Shown piece after piece: positions 47,801-55,967 of a DNA stretch of 64,000 nt (position 1 is its first letter; each line of letters starts with the position of its first letter). A program made the translations under genes and the position numbers. The stretch comes from a virus, in IMG/VR virus record IMGVR_UViG_3300044641_002725. One strand, written 5' to 3'. The notes beneath the pieces are model-generated. The model was given only the letters and a program-made list of their open reading frames with translations, had not been told where the DNA came from and did no database searches.

Positions 47801-47983
47801 TTCACTACAGTTGCTTCTACGCAAGACGTTTTCCGTGTTCTAAATAACACAGTTGCATATACGACACCTGATGGAAGAACATTCCAAGGCTACAAACAAT
47901 TCGCAATTAAGATTGTTTTCTTGTCTAGCAATCCAAGTTTTGCACCAAAGATCAAAGATTTACGAGGCATAGCATTAGCATGA
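41840..47983 (+). CDS. VrlC-like / DUF4815 large structural protein
   Basis: PYFDDY......ILYRPGRAVQARELTQ, APGADR, RFKNG..VD.F, DPL.QSF. Confidence 0.85.
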   Translation: MANTYPGGIDLDTSPYFDDYDEDKKFVRILYRPGRAVQARELTQSQSLQQVQTKRFAEYFFKQGALVDGCEQNLDLNLNFVKLQTNYNGSEVAVANLLNTIVYGANSGIKAYCGLVTDIDGDDPKTLFISYATNGTQVLTVNVAPTTLTSGNTITFSTGNTATIETFYTDPISGVIKIFVSNTNGTLTATTANTVLSTGATQVINVTAVSDQSANTAFANSETIFTANTTSRVYALAAATNAVRNVVNEGLATQQIYNYGSKITVSEGVVYVADHFVKHSTQTILLDKYTNEPSYKIGLVPNKSFVDYIEDQTLVDNAQGTPNFQAPGADRLKIDTTLTKVALNETTDENEFITITEIENGIARKRKSITVENKLEEVLAKRTQEESGNYTLSDPIVVVREHLINGDNDGRYTSAEGGNTDLLLVEVDPFTSYVSGYRNQLITKTPIEIEKGLSTQYVEQTKTQINYGQYIEVKEVVGAWDIMESTTVDLYDTAQQVITNLAHSTATAAGSAIGTARVRSIEYVSGAKGTADARYYLYLYDIVMSAGKNFKDVRSIFDSATPKRFADVVTTAAGAVLQETSFGTMIFPLPYEAIKTVRDNSENVETSFRFKKKFTVSFTSGVATVATDVVSETFVGTGLLNATQKNDFYMVVVNNAGANVATSALTGTVTVGAANTVVIGSGTSFNTQLNVGDLITINSLTRSVANIASATVLTLSTAHTTGSTANTFTKTLATGTILSLSGNGGSGATRTVNVTSPGTVAIDVKENATFTADVIVSMDRANSKEKVKTLNFQTQANINPNTHISGLSGPFGLGVGDIYQLHAVYQSSSFAIAATTANTDVTANYILDNGQRDYAYEHGTITPITGYVPTGRLLAVFDNFVHDTSQGVGYTSVNSYPVDDNATSNTTITTADIPVFTSPTTKKVFKLRDSIDFRPIKTANTSLNPIDVGTYEVPTFGLRVPESGSDFDADLIYYKGRISKVYINNAGVFGINDGVPAQAGNQRAESPPTKPDTLEIAELTIPPYPSLPSEVKIKLLKNKRFTMRDVARINERLERLEYFTALSFLEKQATDTTELDNDGLDRFKNGILVDPFTGWAVASTSSDGKDCAIDKKNKLLTCLQDNANTVGLRYSTTAPALSTTTINSGNKIMLPFAEVEAKGLKQDKASRQLRLAEELNFVWTGDLIAVPFTDNFFDTTNDPTKAVVYNDDQGADNWKALVSAWNTEVAPLNQKWIGGTTQTAIVAGTNQTAQVGNFNVTTALQQTTQEAFNQLAAGNQTTSSTQDVKFDRVVQVEAALRMRPRDFVIQATGLKNNSRVYAFFDGVNVTANCFQISLFGNTTVQSLNDLMNSAGQLTGNSASTWEATANGATQPLIVKNNQIILLFEVPAGKFFTGQREFKVTDSPTNSEGTTLTSARNTIFSQGILQKTGSFTINSRPFNVTFNSTNNIKSLGRKVISEQRVEIARSEIPPPPPPRNWDPLSQSFFVDPDTFTKGFYLTSIDLFFRTKSQEDTRNVRVEVREMENGFPSAQFISETDSAVVNNRNILISEDASKATKFTFKNPIYLSPGNDYCFTVKPENNDPDYAIWVAELGAIDITNPDRQTRIESAYNSGILFTSSNDKTWTTKQNIDMKFTMRVAEFNTSEKVAFWANIPQTTAFTYDALTPAISDQILPETSITYDIKTADSSFTVDSDYTTVKNYERLVLRSRKQISNTASETSSAFKSLQVKATLSTANKFITPYIDNENIRFHFDKNIINNSDSTAVTGTVEYSSGNNIVIGTGTTFTTQVFPGEYAYFGDEYRRVSSVTSNTVLTVINNFTTSNAVSQAMTTRNEENPTGPYSSQSRYITKVVTLNDGFEAADLVTYLRINRPPGTSIKVYAKLLNENDSDAFDDKFYTPMELVGTETFTLNQNEYKEEKYVVPSVAKTGGSELLTGTVAVSDVSTTVTGTSTRFIEDLKIGDTIAVGTARTERVVSTIANNTSLTVESAFTTVASTQDVFRVLNNTVAYTTPDGRTFQGYKQFAIKIVFLSSNPSFAPKIKDLRGIALA

Positions 47984-48231
47984 TAGTAGAAAAGATTTTA
48001 ATTGCTGAACCCGTTCGTGGATTCACCGAAAGGGATAAAAACTCTAAAGCCATCTTGAATACGGATGTAGACTCGCTTTTGAAATATAAAATTCAAAAAC
48101 GCAAAGCATCAGAACTAAATAAGAATGCCAACGACATAAATGTTCTAAGGTCTGAAGTAGTTCAAATCAAGTCGGATTTGAGTGAAATTAAAAGCATGTT
48201 ATTGCAAATAACTAATAATAACAGAAGATAA
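47980..48231 (+). CDS. Conserved small coiled-coil protein
   Basis: RD..SKAILNTD motif, usual follower of the VrlC-like gene. Confidence 0.75.
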   Translation: MIVEKILIAEPVRGFTERDKNSKAILNTDVDSLLKYKIQKRKASELNKNANDINVLRSEVVQIKSDLSEIKSMLLQITNNNRR

Positions 48232-48235
48232 AAAA

Positions 48236-49573
48236 ATGACAATTAATAGTGTAATTTTAGCAAATACGTTTAATGAGTTTAGATCGACCGTTAATGAAGT
48301 CATTACGACCGTTAATGCTGGATTCGGCGTATCAGCAGGCACTGGTACGGGACTAACATCTGGAAGAGTTGTTCTTGGTGGCGCATCAGGCTCATTCACA
48401 GACGATTCTGAACTCACGTATGATACAAGCACAAACGTACTAACGCTTGGTGGAACAACAGATGCAACTGCGGCTAATAATGGAACTCTTGTTGTCGCTG
48501 GTGGTGTTGGTATCGCTAAAAAGTTATATGTTGGAACAGACTTAAGAGTAACTGGAATAACAACATTTGAAGGTAACGTATTTTTCTTAGGTTCAAATAC
48601 TTCAATCTCTACTGTTAATATTGAAGTCAATGATCCAATGCTTCATTTAGCCAATAACAATGTATCAGACGCAGTTGATATTGGTTTTCATGGACAATAT
48701 AATCAAGGTGGTGCCAACTTACACTCTGGTTTTTTCAGAGATGCTTCAGATGATACTTGGAAGCTATTCAGAAATTACAACATTGAACCAGCGCCAGCAA
48801 TTGATATTACTGCTAACGGGTTTGCATGGGCAAACTTAGCTATTGGCGGACTTACGGCTGCCAACAGTATCAATATTGGACCAGGACAAACATACAAGAT
48901 TAATACTGTTGACGTTTTAAGCGCAACGGCATTAGGGTCTTCAGTTGTCACATCGTCACTCACATCAACTGGCACAATTACTTCAGGCACATGGTCTGGT
49001 TCTTTCGGTGCAGTTAGCGGTGCAAACTTAACTTCATTAAACGCAAACAACATTGCAACAGGAACAGTAGCGCCAGCAAGACTTGCTTCAGGCACAGCAG
49101 ACGCTACTACATTCTTGCGTGGTGACAGCACTTGGGCATCAGCGGCTGTTTCAATTACAGATAACACAGCAACAAATTCAACATTCTTTCCAGTATTTAC
49201 TAGTGTAACATCTGGATCAATTGTTGGTGCGAATACATCATCTACAAAATTAACTTTCAATCCAAGTTCTGGATTGTTAACGTCAACTGATTACAATTCA
49301 TCTTCTGATGTGACATTAAAAGAAAACTTTACAGAGATTGTAAATCCATTAGACATTATATCTCAACTTGACGGATTTGGATTTAGTTGGAAAGACACAA
49401 AAGAAAAATCTTATGGGCTGTCAGCGCAACAAGTCGAGACAGTACTTCCTGAAATCGTTAGGGTTCGTCCTGATGGCACAAAAGGTATTAATTATTTGAA
49501 TTTGATTGCCTTTTTAGTAGAAGGAATTAAAGATTTAAAAGAAGAAGTTCGCCAACTCAAGTCTTATAAATAA
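48236..49573 (+). CDS. Tail fibre protein with C-terminal S74 intramolecular chaperone
   Basis: NTFNEFR N-terminus; G/T-rich shaft; SSD..LKEN...W...G..AQ.VE..LPE.V...Y..L...L.E.IK.L. Confidence 0.85.
   Translation: MTINSVILANTFNEFRSTVNEVITTVNAGFGVSAGTGTGLTSGRVVLGGASGSFTDDSELTYDTSTNVLTLGGTTDATAANNGTLVVAGGVGIAKKLYVGTDLRVTGITTFEGNVFFLGSNTSISTVNIEVNDPMLHLANNNVSDAVDIGFHGQYNQGGANLHSGFFRDASDDTWKLFRNYNIEPAPAIDITANGFAWANLAIGGLTAANSINIGPGQTYKINTVDVLSATALGSSVVTSSLTSTGTITSGTWSGSFGAVSGANLTSLNANNIATGTVAPARLASGTADATTFLRGDSTWASAAVSITDNTATNSTFFPVFTSVTSGSIVGANTSSTKLTFNPSSGLLTSTDYNSSSDVTLKENFTEIVNPLDIISQLDGFGFSWKDTKEKSYGLSAQQVETVLPEIVRVRPDGTKGINYLNLIAFLVEGIKDLKEEVRQLKSYK
49565..49572 (+). promoter_or_regulatory. 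T4 late promoter TATAAATA
   Basis: Exact match upstream of 49599 ORF. Confidence 0.65.
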
Positions 49574-49598
49574 GATAAGTTGACACAAAGGATAAAAA

Positions 49599-50276
49599 AT
49601 GGCAATTAAAGTCGGCAGTTGTACAGTCATTGATGACACAAGAAATCTAGCAAACGTATGCTCTATTTCATTGGTGTCTGGTGGGCAAGGAACAACAGGG
49701 CAAGTTTTAAAATCCCAAGGCACAGGGCAACCCTCAACTTGGGGTGCAGTTGATGCTATTACCAATTATGCGTATGATAGCAGAAATGACCTTAGAGCCA
49801 CAACACCAACAAACGGATCACAAGCATTCGTAGAAAATTTAGGATACTTTTCATTCAGTTTGGCTTCCGATGAACCAGATGACGATGAAACATCATTCAG
49901 AACATCAAATGGTGCTTGGCTTCTCTCTGCACCTATTTGGGATACAATTGAAGCATTCAATGCCTTTGAACCAAATGGCGGAAACTACAGCCTTGAAGTT
50001 GTGAATCAATTTGCTGGTGTTTCACCTTGTACATTTGCATGTCAATGTGTTTCTCTGCCAGGTGCAGTTCAAAGCGATGTTGTAGAAATATATGCAGTAT
50101 GTGGCGGATCTTTTGGTGGTCAAGTCTTTATGCGATATTGTGATCCGGCGTGGTGTATTGTTGCGTGGGGCGGCCCATCTGTTTGTGCAAGCGGTCCATG
50201 TAGCCCATCTGCAAGCATATGCGGAACTTGCTATGCAAACGTATGCAAGTGGAAAATTCATGTTCAGAAGGTATAA
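49599..50276 (+). CDS. Fibre-associated protein with Cys-rich C-terminus
   Basis: MAIKVG..TVIDD.RN fibre-type N-terminus, GQVL.SQG...P.W repeat; many Cys at C-terminus. Confidence 0.7.
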   Translation: MAIKVGSCTVIDDTRNLANVCSISLVSGGQGTTGQVLKSQGTGQPSTWGAVDAITNYAYDSRNDLRATTPTNGSQAFVENLGYFSFSLASDEPDDDETSFRTSNGAWLLSAPIWDTIEAFNAFEPNGGNYSLEVVNQFAGVSPCTFACQCVSLPGAVQSDVVEIYAVCGGSFGGQVFMRYCDPAWCIVAWGGPSVCASGPCSPSASICGTCYANVCKWKIHVQKV

Positions 50277-50293
50277 ATAGATGACTATAAATA
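50272..50293 (+). promoter_or_regulatory. Tandem T4 late promoters (TATAAATA x2)
   Basis: Exact matches at 50272 and 50286 upstream of the Cys-rich gene. Confidence 0.7.
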
Positions 50294-50324
50294 GAATACT
50301 AGAAATAATCAAGGGGAGAACACC

Positions 50325-53300
50325 ATGCCAGTGGTAAGAGGTATACGAGTTTTAAATGCAATATCGACAGGGAATACAACACCCGGCTGTCTTGATACTT
50401 TGCTATCCGATGGTGGACGATTAGCCGATGTAACACAGGTGCTAAGTTCTCCACAATATTCATGTGCGTTGGCGCAATCAAATACTGCGGCACACACTCT
50501 AGTTCGTTCTAATAATGCGATGACTGCATTGTTTGCAAATCCAATTGGATCATGCATATTCTATCAAACTACTAATAGTAGAGATGATATGTTGGGGTCT
50601 TCTTGTTACTACAACTACATGATGAGTTTTTCAACACCAGAGGCAACTAATGCGTTCAATCACTTTGGTAATACACCATGTATGATTAACTGTGCATTTG
50701 CTAGTAACACAGCATTTTTAGCTACCGCAGTATCATCAAACTCAGATATTACTAAGATGTTAACGTGCAATTCGTGTGTATCTGCATGTTTTAGAGGTAC
50801 TGCATGTTCAATAAAAGAAGCCGTTGGAACTGCAGGTCGTGCGGCATTTTGGTTAAGTGATGCAACTGCACTTGGTTGTTTGACTGCATCTGGTTTAAGT
50901 ACTGCACTTTGCACCAGCGGATTTACAGACACTCTCAATAGAGATGTTGCATGTGTGATGTGTACTGCGGCTTTTCAATGTTGTATTTTCGCTCTGTCCG
51001 AGCCAGCAAATACATACACTAGATTAGTGTGTGCAACAAACGAAATTATCACTAAAGGCGCATGTGGCGAAAACGAAACAAGCTGTAATTTTGCTAGATG
51101 GTCTAATACTTCCTTTGGTATTTGTTGTATGGCTAAATTTCTTGAGTCAGGAAATACGTATTTCATGGATTGCTTCGCTTCTTTTGGTAGCAATAGACAA
51201 AGAGCATGTCTTTTTTGCTTTTGTACCACATTGACTGGTTCAAACCCCATATGTCCTTGCGGCAGCCTCGGATCTGGCCTCGAGCAATATGGGCACCGTA
51301 TAATCAAGTCCGACGTTATCGGTCGTGGATGCTATGTCGAAAACGATCCTAATGCTCCACATTTATATTTTCCATGCGGTGGGTTTAGACAATGTCCAAT
51401 GACAATTGCAAATGGATCTCAACTTTCAAATACTGAAGTAGAATATCTAGGTCGATTCATCAAGTGTAACTATAACGTTATTACACACGCAGACTGTAGA
51501 TTTACGATGATTTCTCCAGGATTCTGGAATCAAAGTAGTGCTATTGCATGTTTTAGAACTTGCTATACATGTTCTTTGGACAGAACAACTGCAAACACAT
51601 CTGGTTTGACATTGAATTGTGGATTGTATTATACAACAGACAATGCGGCTACATTCAATCGCCTTTGTGTGCCTCTTCCAGCATGTATTTTCCAACAACT
51701 TTGTGGAAATGTTTGCTGTCAATTTACAGTTAGATATGCGTTAAGTACTTTTGCATGTTGCAACTACGTATACACTGGTTGGATTATTACTGATTGCGCT
51801 ACTAATAATGGTGCCTCTGGTGTCTGTGGTCCAGCATATTTCAAAACTGGGCACTCAAGAATGTGTCTGTTTGCCAACAGTCAACCAAATACTGCATCTT
51901 GGACTCACTTTCCAGATGTTCCGTTGCCATTCTATACAGTTGCATTCTGTGATGAGTACTTTGCTGGCGTAAGCCCAATGAGAACTGATGGATATCAAAC
52001 CACATTAGGAATTGAAAATCAATTATGTTGCCAAGAAGCTGGGCAATATGCTATGATGTTCTCTTTTGGTAAAGTTGGAGGTTGCGTTAGAATTAGTTGC
52101 GACCATTTTGTTCGAAATACACCTGCTGGTTTAGCATGTTTTACTCCATGTACATGCTGTAATGCATGTCTGTCATTGCCAGCGGCCACACATTGTATTT
52201 ACGGCAGATGTTATGAAGATTATTTTCAAGGGCATGGATCAGGAACGCTTCCATACTGTCTGTGCCAGGCTCCTCACGTTACCTGCACAGACACATGTTC
52301 GATCCTGAGACACATGATTAACCCAACTGCGGCATCTCACACATTAATTTATAAAAACCCAAACAATCAAGCGGATTCTAAAGCATTCCTTGTTGGCTGG
52401 AGATCATTTGCAATGTTATATGGCGGTACCGCTGGTGGCTCCATCGCCACTTGCACGATGCTAGGTGCCCGAGACCAATTCCATTATTACAATTGTTGTA
52501 CATGCCGTGGCCAAGCCGAAGGCACAGTAGGCGGCTGTGGATATTTTAGAAATACACCTGGTGTGAACGTCTGGTGCTATGGCTCTCAAGCAAATAATAC
52601 AATGCAAGGAACAGAACTTGATTGTACTAACGCTTTAGCGATTGGTGGTAGTGCATGTTCTTGGACAAACTTTACTTTTGCAAATGCTAAAATAATTGGA
52701 TGTAGACTTGTGTTATCTGGAGCATATCCTCCAGTAATGACTATGTGTGCATGTTGTGCCAGTTGTGACGGTACCTCTGGTAGCACCGCCGTAGGCACAT
52801 CAGAAGGCGCTCACATTGGAGGGAATTTTGGATGCCAAAACGCATTAGGACAAACCGGACACACAACAGTATTTAATACAGATGGTGTTGTTGGAACAAT
52901 TGTGTGCTGTTTTGAGTCTATGTATCATCAAACTCCAAATAGTAGAGGCTACGATAGTACAATATGTAATCAAGTTTTTCATTGCTCTTATTGTTCTGGC
53001 AGATGTTTTTGTTGTAATTCAGGAGTTTGCCAGTGCATGGGACATGCTGGACAGCGCCATCACTTTGCGGCCGCAATTCTTTCCGATGAAGCTGGCTTGA
53101 AGACAGTTAATTTTTATGGTTCATCAAATTCAGTATATTCAGTCCCAGCATTTCCTAACATGCCTCCAATGATTGCATGTAGGCCTAATTGTGCTCATGC
53201 CGATTATCAGAACACTACTTGCTATGTTTCTCCGGCACCTACTGGCAGTAATATTGTTAGATCAGACAAGAGTATATTTTGTGTTATAGATATAGGTGAT

Positions 53301-54503
53301 GCATTTCAGCTATGTCATTTTGGCAATGCCGGTTGCTGTTGCCATGCGTCCACAGCCGAATGTGATAACCGCTTTTTTCATCAATGTAATCCTGGAAACG
53401 CAAATTCTATCGGAATCGTTGTAGCACACCACCTCTTCGGCGCAACCGGGCCGCACCCAGGTTGCTTTGCGGCAGTTTATACTCCCAAAAACTGTAGTCA
53501 AGACATGACAACGTTTGATGAAACGTTCAACTTCTGTTATCTCATAGCACCACACAAAGATTTTTGTTTGGAAGGGCCATACTGCTTTAATAGAGCATGT
53601 GAGTGTTTTGGTCCTAATTGCTGTTTGAGTGTACCATGTTCTCCTTGTTGCCCTGCCTGTAATATTGTGCTTTGTTGTCAAACCGGCGTTTGTGGCGGCA
53701 CTTACTCGGCTGACCATCCAGTATGTAATTTTACTAGAGCCAACGGTTTCACCGCACAACATGTGTGTGTTAATCAGATTGATACTCACTATCCATGCTG
53801 TCAGACACCACCACGCCGTTGCTGTGCGGCCTTTGTGGGATGTTGTGGAATAGGCAATCATTTTAAAGTTGTGGCGAACAATAATTCAACGTTTCAATGT
53901 GCAATGCTTGTTTGCGTACATCAGGCATGTGGCTCATGCATTGCGGGCGGTGCCTACACTGGATGTTGTTTTTCTGACAGTCGCACATGTTGTAGAATGA
54001 TTCCTTATGATAGACTTATGAGAACGTGCAATCAAGCTGGCCCTAATTGTTTGTGGTTTGATTTTATATCAAGTGGTGTTCCTTCATGGGGCGCATGTAA
54101 CTCTTGCAATTATAGACCATGTAAATCATATTGGAATGCACAATATATGATGGATATAAGAGTTTCTTGTGCTGATACATGTTTCTGTTGCAACTGCCTC
54201 TGTTTTGCCGCCCAAGATCATCGTAAGAGATCAGGATTTCAACTTTATAGTGCATGTAATTCAACATACTTTGCCGTAGATTCCCTTTGTTATGAGGTGA
54301 TGCCTGCAACTCAAACAAGAGGTTCTGGAGCACCATTAAATACTCAAAATAGCGTACACATTGCATATTTTGATTTGACTCCATATAGATGTTCTGCCTC
54401 TGGTGGTGGTGGATTCTTTGCAAATGGTAATCCAAGCGGTACTGTGTCCGGATGTTCTTGCTGTTTGATGTTTACCAAAATAGATATGTTCTATAATCTA
54501 TAA
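50325..54503 (+). CDS. Giant cysteine-rich late (putative fibre/receptor-binding) protein
   Basis: 1392 aa, about 145 Cys by hand count (~10%), GGAG SD, late promoters, fibre locus. Confidence 0.75.
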   Translation: MPVVRGIRVLNAISTGNTTPGCLDTLLSDGGRLADVTQVLSSPQYSCALAQSNTAAHTLVRSNNAMTALFANPIGSCIFYQTTNSRDDMLGSSCYYNYMMSFSTPEATNAFNHFGNTPCMINCAFASNTAFLATAVSSNSDITKMLTCNSCVSACFRGTACSIKEAVGTAGRAAFWLSDATALGCLTASGLSTALCTSGFTDTLNRDVACVMCTAAFQCCIFALSEPANTYTRLVCATNEIITKGACGENETSCNFARWSNTSFGICCMAKFLESGNTYFMDCFASFGSNRQRACLFCFCTTLTGSNPICPCGSLGSGLEQYGHRIIKSDVIGRGCYVENDPNAPHLYFPCGGFRQCPMTIANGSQLSNTEVEYLGRFIKCNYNVITHADCRFTMISPGFWNQSSAIACFRTCYTCSLDRTTANTSGLTLNCGLYYTTDNAATFNRLCVPLPACIFQQLCGNVCCQFTVRYALSTFACCNYVYTGWIITDCATNNGASGVCGPAYFKTGHSRMCLFANSQPNTASWTHFPDVPLPFYTVAFCDEYFAGVSPMRTDGYQTTLGIENQLCCQEAGQYAMMFSFGKVGGCVRISCDHFVRNTPAGLACFTPCTCCNACLSLPAATHCIYGRCYEDYFQGHGSGTLPYCLCQAPHVTCTDTCSILRHMINPTAASHTLIYKNPNNQADSKAFLVGWRSFAMLYGGTAGGSIATCTMLGARDQFHYYNCCTCRGQAEGTVGGCGYFRNTPGVNVWCYGSQANNTMQGTELDCTNALAIGGSACSWTNFTFANAKIIGCRLVLSGAYPPVMTMCACCASCDGTSGSTAVGTSEGAHIGGNFGCQNALGQTGHTTVFNTDGVVGTIVCCFESMYHQTPNSRGYDSTICNQVFHCSYCSGRCFCCNSGVCQCMGHAGQRHHFAAAILSDEAGLKTVNFYGSSNSVYSVPAFPNMPPMIACRPNCAHADYQNTTCYVSPAPTGSNIVRSDKSIFCVIDIGDAFQLCHFGNAGCCCHASTAECDNRFFHQCNPGNANSIGIVVAHHLFGATGPHPGCFAAVYTPKNCSQDMTTFDETFNFCYLIAPHKDFCLEGPYCFNRACECFGPNCCLSVPCSPCCPACNIVLCCQTGVCGGTYSADHPVCNFTRANGFTAQHVCVNQIDTHYPCCQTPPRRCCAAFVGCCGIGNHFKVVANNNSTFQCAMLVCVHQACGSCIAGGAYTGCCFSDSRTCCRMIPYDRLMRTCNQAGPNCLWFDFISSGVPSWGACNSCNYRPCKSYWNAQYMMDIRVSCADTCFCCNCLCFAAQDHRKRSGFQLYSACNSTYFAVDSLCYEVMPATQTRGSGAPLNTQNSVHIAYFDLTPYRCSASGGGGFFANGNPSGTVSGCSCCLMFTKIDMFYNL

Positions 54504-54516
54504 CGTGAATTAACAT

Positions 54517-54933
54517 ATGAAACTTATCGTAGAAAATAATCGTGTTATAGCAACAACATTTGATGGATATGAAGGACCTCAGCAATGGGTTTCTTCTCCA
54601 TCAGACTTTGTTGAGTCTAGAGCATTCGAATATACATATATTAATGGTGTTCTAGACTTACCAATGCTTCCATATCTTGAAATAGAAACACAAAGAAGAT
54701 TGGACACATTCGCACAAACAAGAGGATATGAAAATATCAATTCTGCAACGACATATATAAGTTCGTCAGTAACAAAATATAAGAATGAGGGTACATATGC
54801 CGCTACTGCTAGAGATAGCACTTGGTCTGCATTGTACCAAATCATCGATGATGCAACTGATGGTAGAAGAGAAAAGATTGTAAATTTTTCTGAAATTGAA
54901 TCTGAATTACCATCACTTGCTTGGCCAACATAA
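54517..54933 (+). CDS. Tail fibre assembly-like protein
   Basis: Q.RLD.FAQTRGY..I.SA.TY..S...KY..EG......RD..W ... ELP...W. Confidence 0.7.
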   Translation: MKLIVENNRVIATTFDGYEGPQQWVSSPSDFVESRAFEYTYINGVLDLPMLPYLEIETQRRLDTFAQTRGYENINSATTYISSSVTKYKNEGTYAATARDSTWSALYQIIDDATDGRREKIVNFSEIESELPSLAWPT

Positions 54934-54950
54934 AAAAATATCAAAAAGAC

Positions 54951-54979
54951 TTGACAAATTGAGTTATATATAGTATAGT
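54951..54979 (+). promoter_or_regulatory. sigma70-like promoter for GT9-carbamoyltransferase operon
   Basis: TTGACA-N17-TATAGT. Confidence 0.7.
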
Positions 54980-55027
54980 GTTTGATGTGAAGTAACACTA
55001 TTCATCTTGAAAGGATTATGAGATAAT

Positions 55028-55966
55028 ATGAAAAAAGTAATTTATATTGACGGTGGTGCAGGAAGAGCAATTGCGGCACTACCAGCACTTGAAAAATTAG
55101 TTAGAAACAAAAAACCAGAAGATGACATAAAAATTATTGTCATGGGATGGGACAATTTATATTGGGGCAATCAACTGCTTCAAGATATCACATTTAGTGC
55201 AGATACAAAAGGTATCTTTGATCTAGTCATTAAAGGCGCAGACAAACACATCAGCCCAGAACCATATAAAGTTCCAGAGTACTATAATCAAAAAGTATCT
55301 CTAGCGGAAGCGTTCGACATTGAAATCAATGGCACACATGACCATTCTGATTTACCTCCACTCAAGTTGTACACTAGCAAAGCAGAAGAAAAGAATGCCG
55401 CTAATATGATTGCAGACATAAAGATGCAACAGAAAAAAGACAAGACACTTGTGATTCAACCTTATGGTAGAAGTGCAAGAGTTGATCGTGCTGACATTAT
55501 CGATGATTCATCTAGAGGTCTTGATTCACACGCATACTTACGTTTAGTTAGAAAACTTTCAACAAAGTACAATCTTATTTTGTTTGCAGAGAAACCATTT
55601 CACCAGCCAGATGATAACTTCACCTTTAAACCTGAAATAGATTTAAGGTCATGGTCTGCTGTTATTGAAGCGGCTGATTATTTTGTTGGTTGTGATTCTG
55701 TCGGACAGCATATGGCAAGAGCGTTTAATAAGCCAGGAACTGTTTTCATCGGATCCACATTCGCAAAGAACGTTTCATATCCAGATTGGTTCAATATTTA
55801 CGAACGACCTGGAGTCGAAAAGAAATACTCTCCAATTCGTATTTCTGGTTTAGATTCACACTTAGCAGATAGATACAATGACAAGTGCATGGATTTATCT
55901 GATAAAGATGTAGACGAGTTGTTTATTTCAATTGTTAAAGATATAGAGAAGAAGGTAGGAAAATAA
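55028..55966 (+). CDS. GT9-like (ADP-heptose-type) glycosyltransferase
   Basis: GG.GR...A.PAL N-term; I..ADYFVGCDSVGQHMARAFNKPG matches the GT9 D(S/T)G.MH.A.A...P motif. Confidence 0.72.
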   Translation: MKKVIYIDGGAGRAIAALPALEKLVRNKKPEDDIKIIVMGWDNLYWGNQLLQDITFSADTKGIFDLVIKGADKHISPEPYKVPEYYNQKVSLAEAFDIEINGTHDHSDLPPLKLYTSKAEEKNAANMIADIKMQQKKDKTLVIQPYGRSARVDRADIIDDSSRGLDSHAYLRLVRKLSTKYNLILFAEKPFHQPDDNFTFKPEIDLRSWSAVIEAADYFVGCDSVGQHMARAFNKPGTVFIGSTFAKNVSYPDWFNIYERPGVEKKYSPIRISGLDSHLADRYNDKCMDLSDKDVDELFISIVKDIEKKVGK

Positions 55967-55967
55967 T

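Noticed and set aside
50325-54503. Diversity-generating retroelement target or stop-codon recoding as the cause of Cys richness
   Set aside because: No reverse transcriptase or template/variable repeat pair seen; Cys are ordinary TGT/TGC codons; genes end normally at TAA/TGA/TAG and there is no suppressor tRNA
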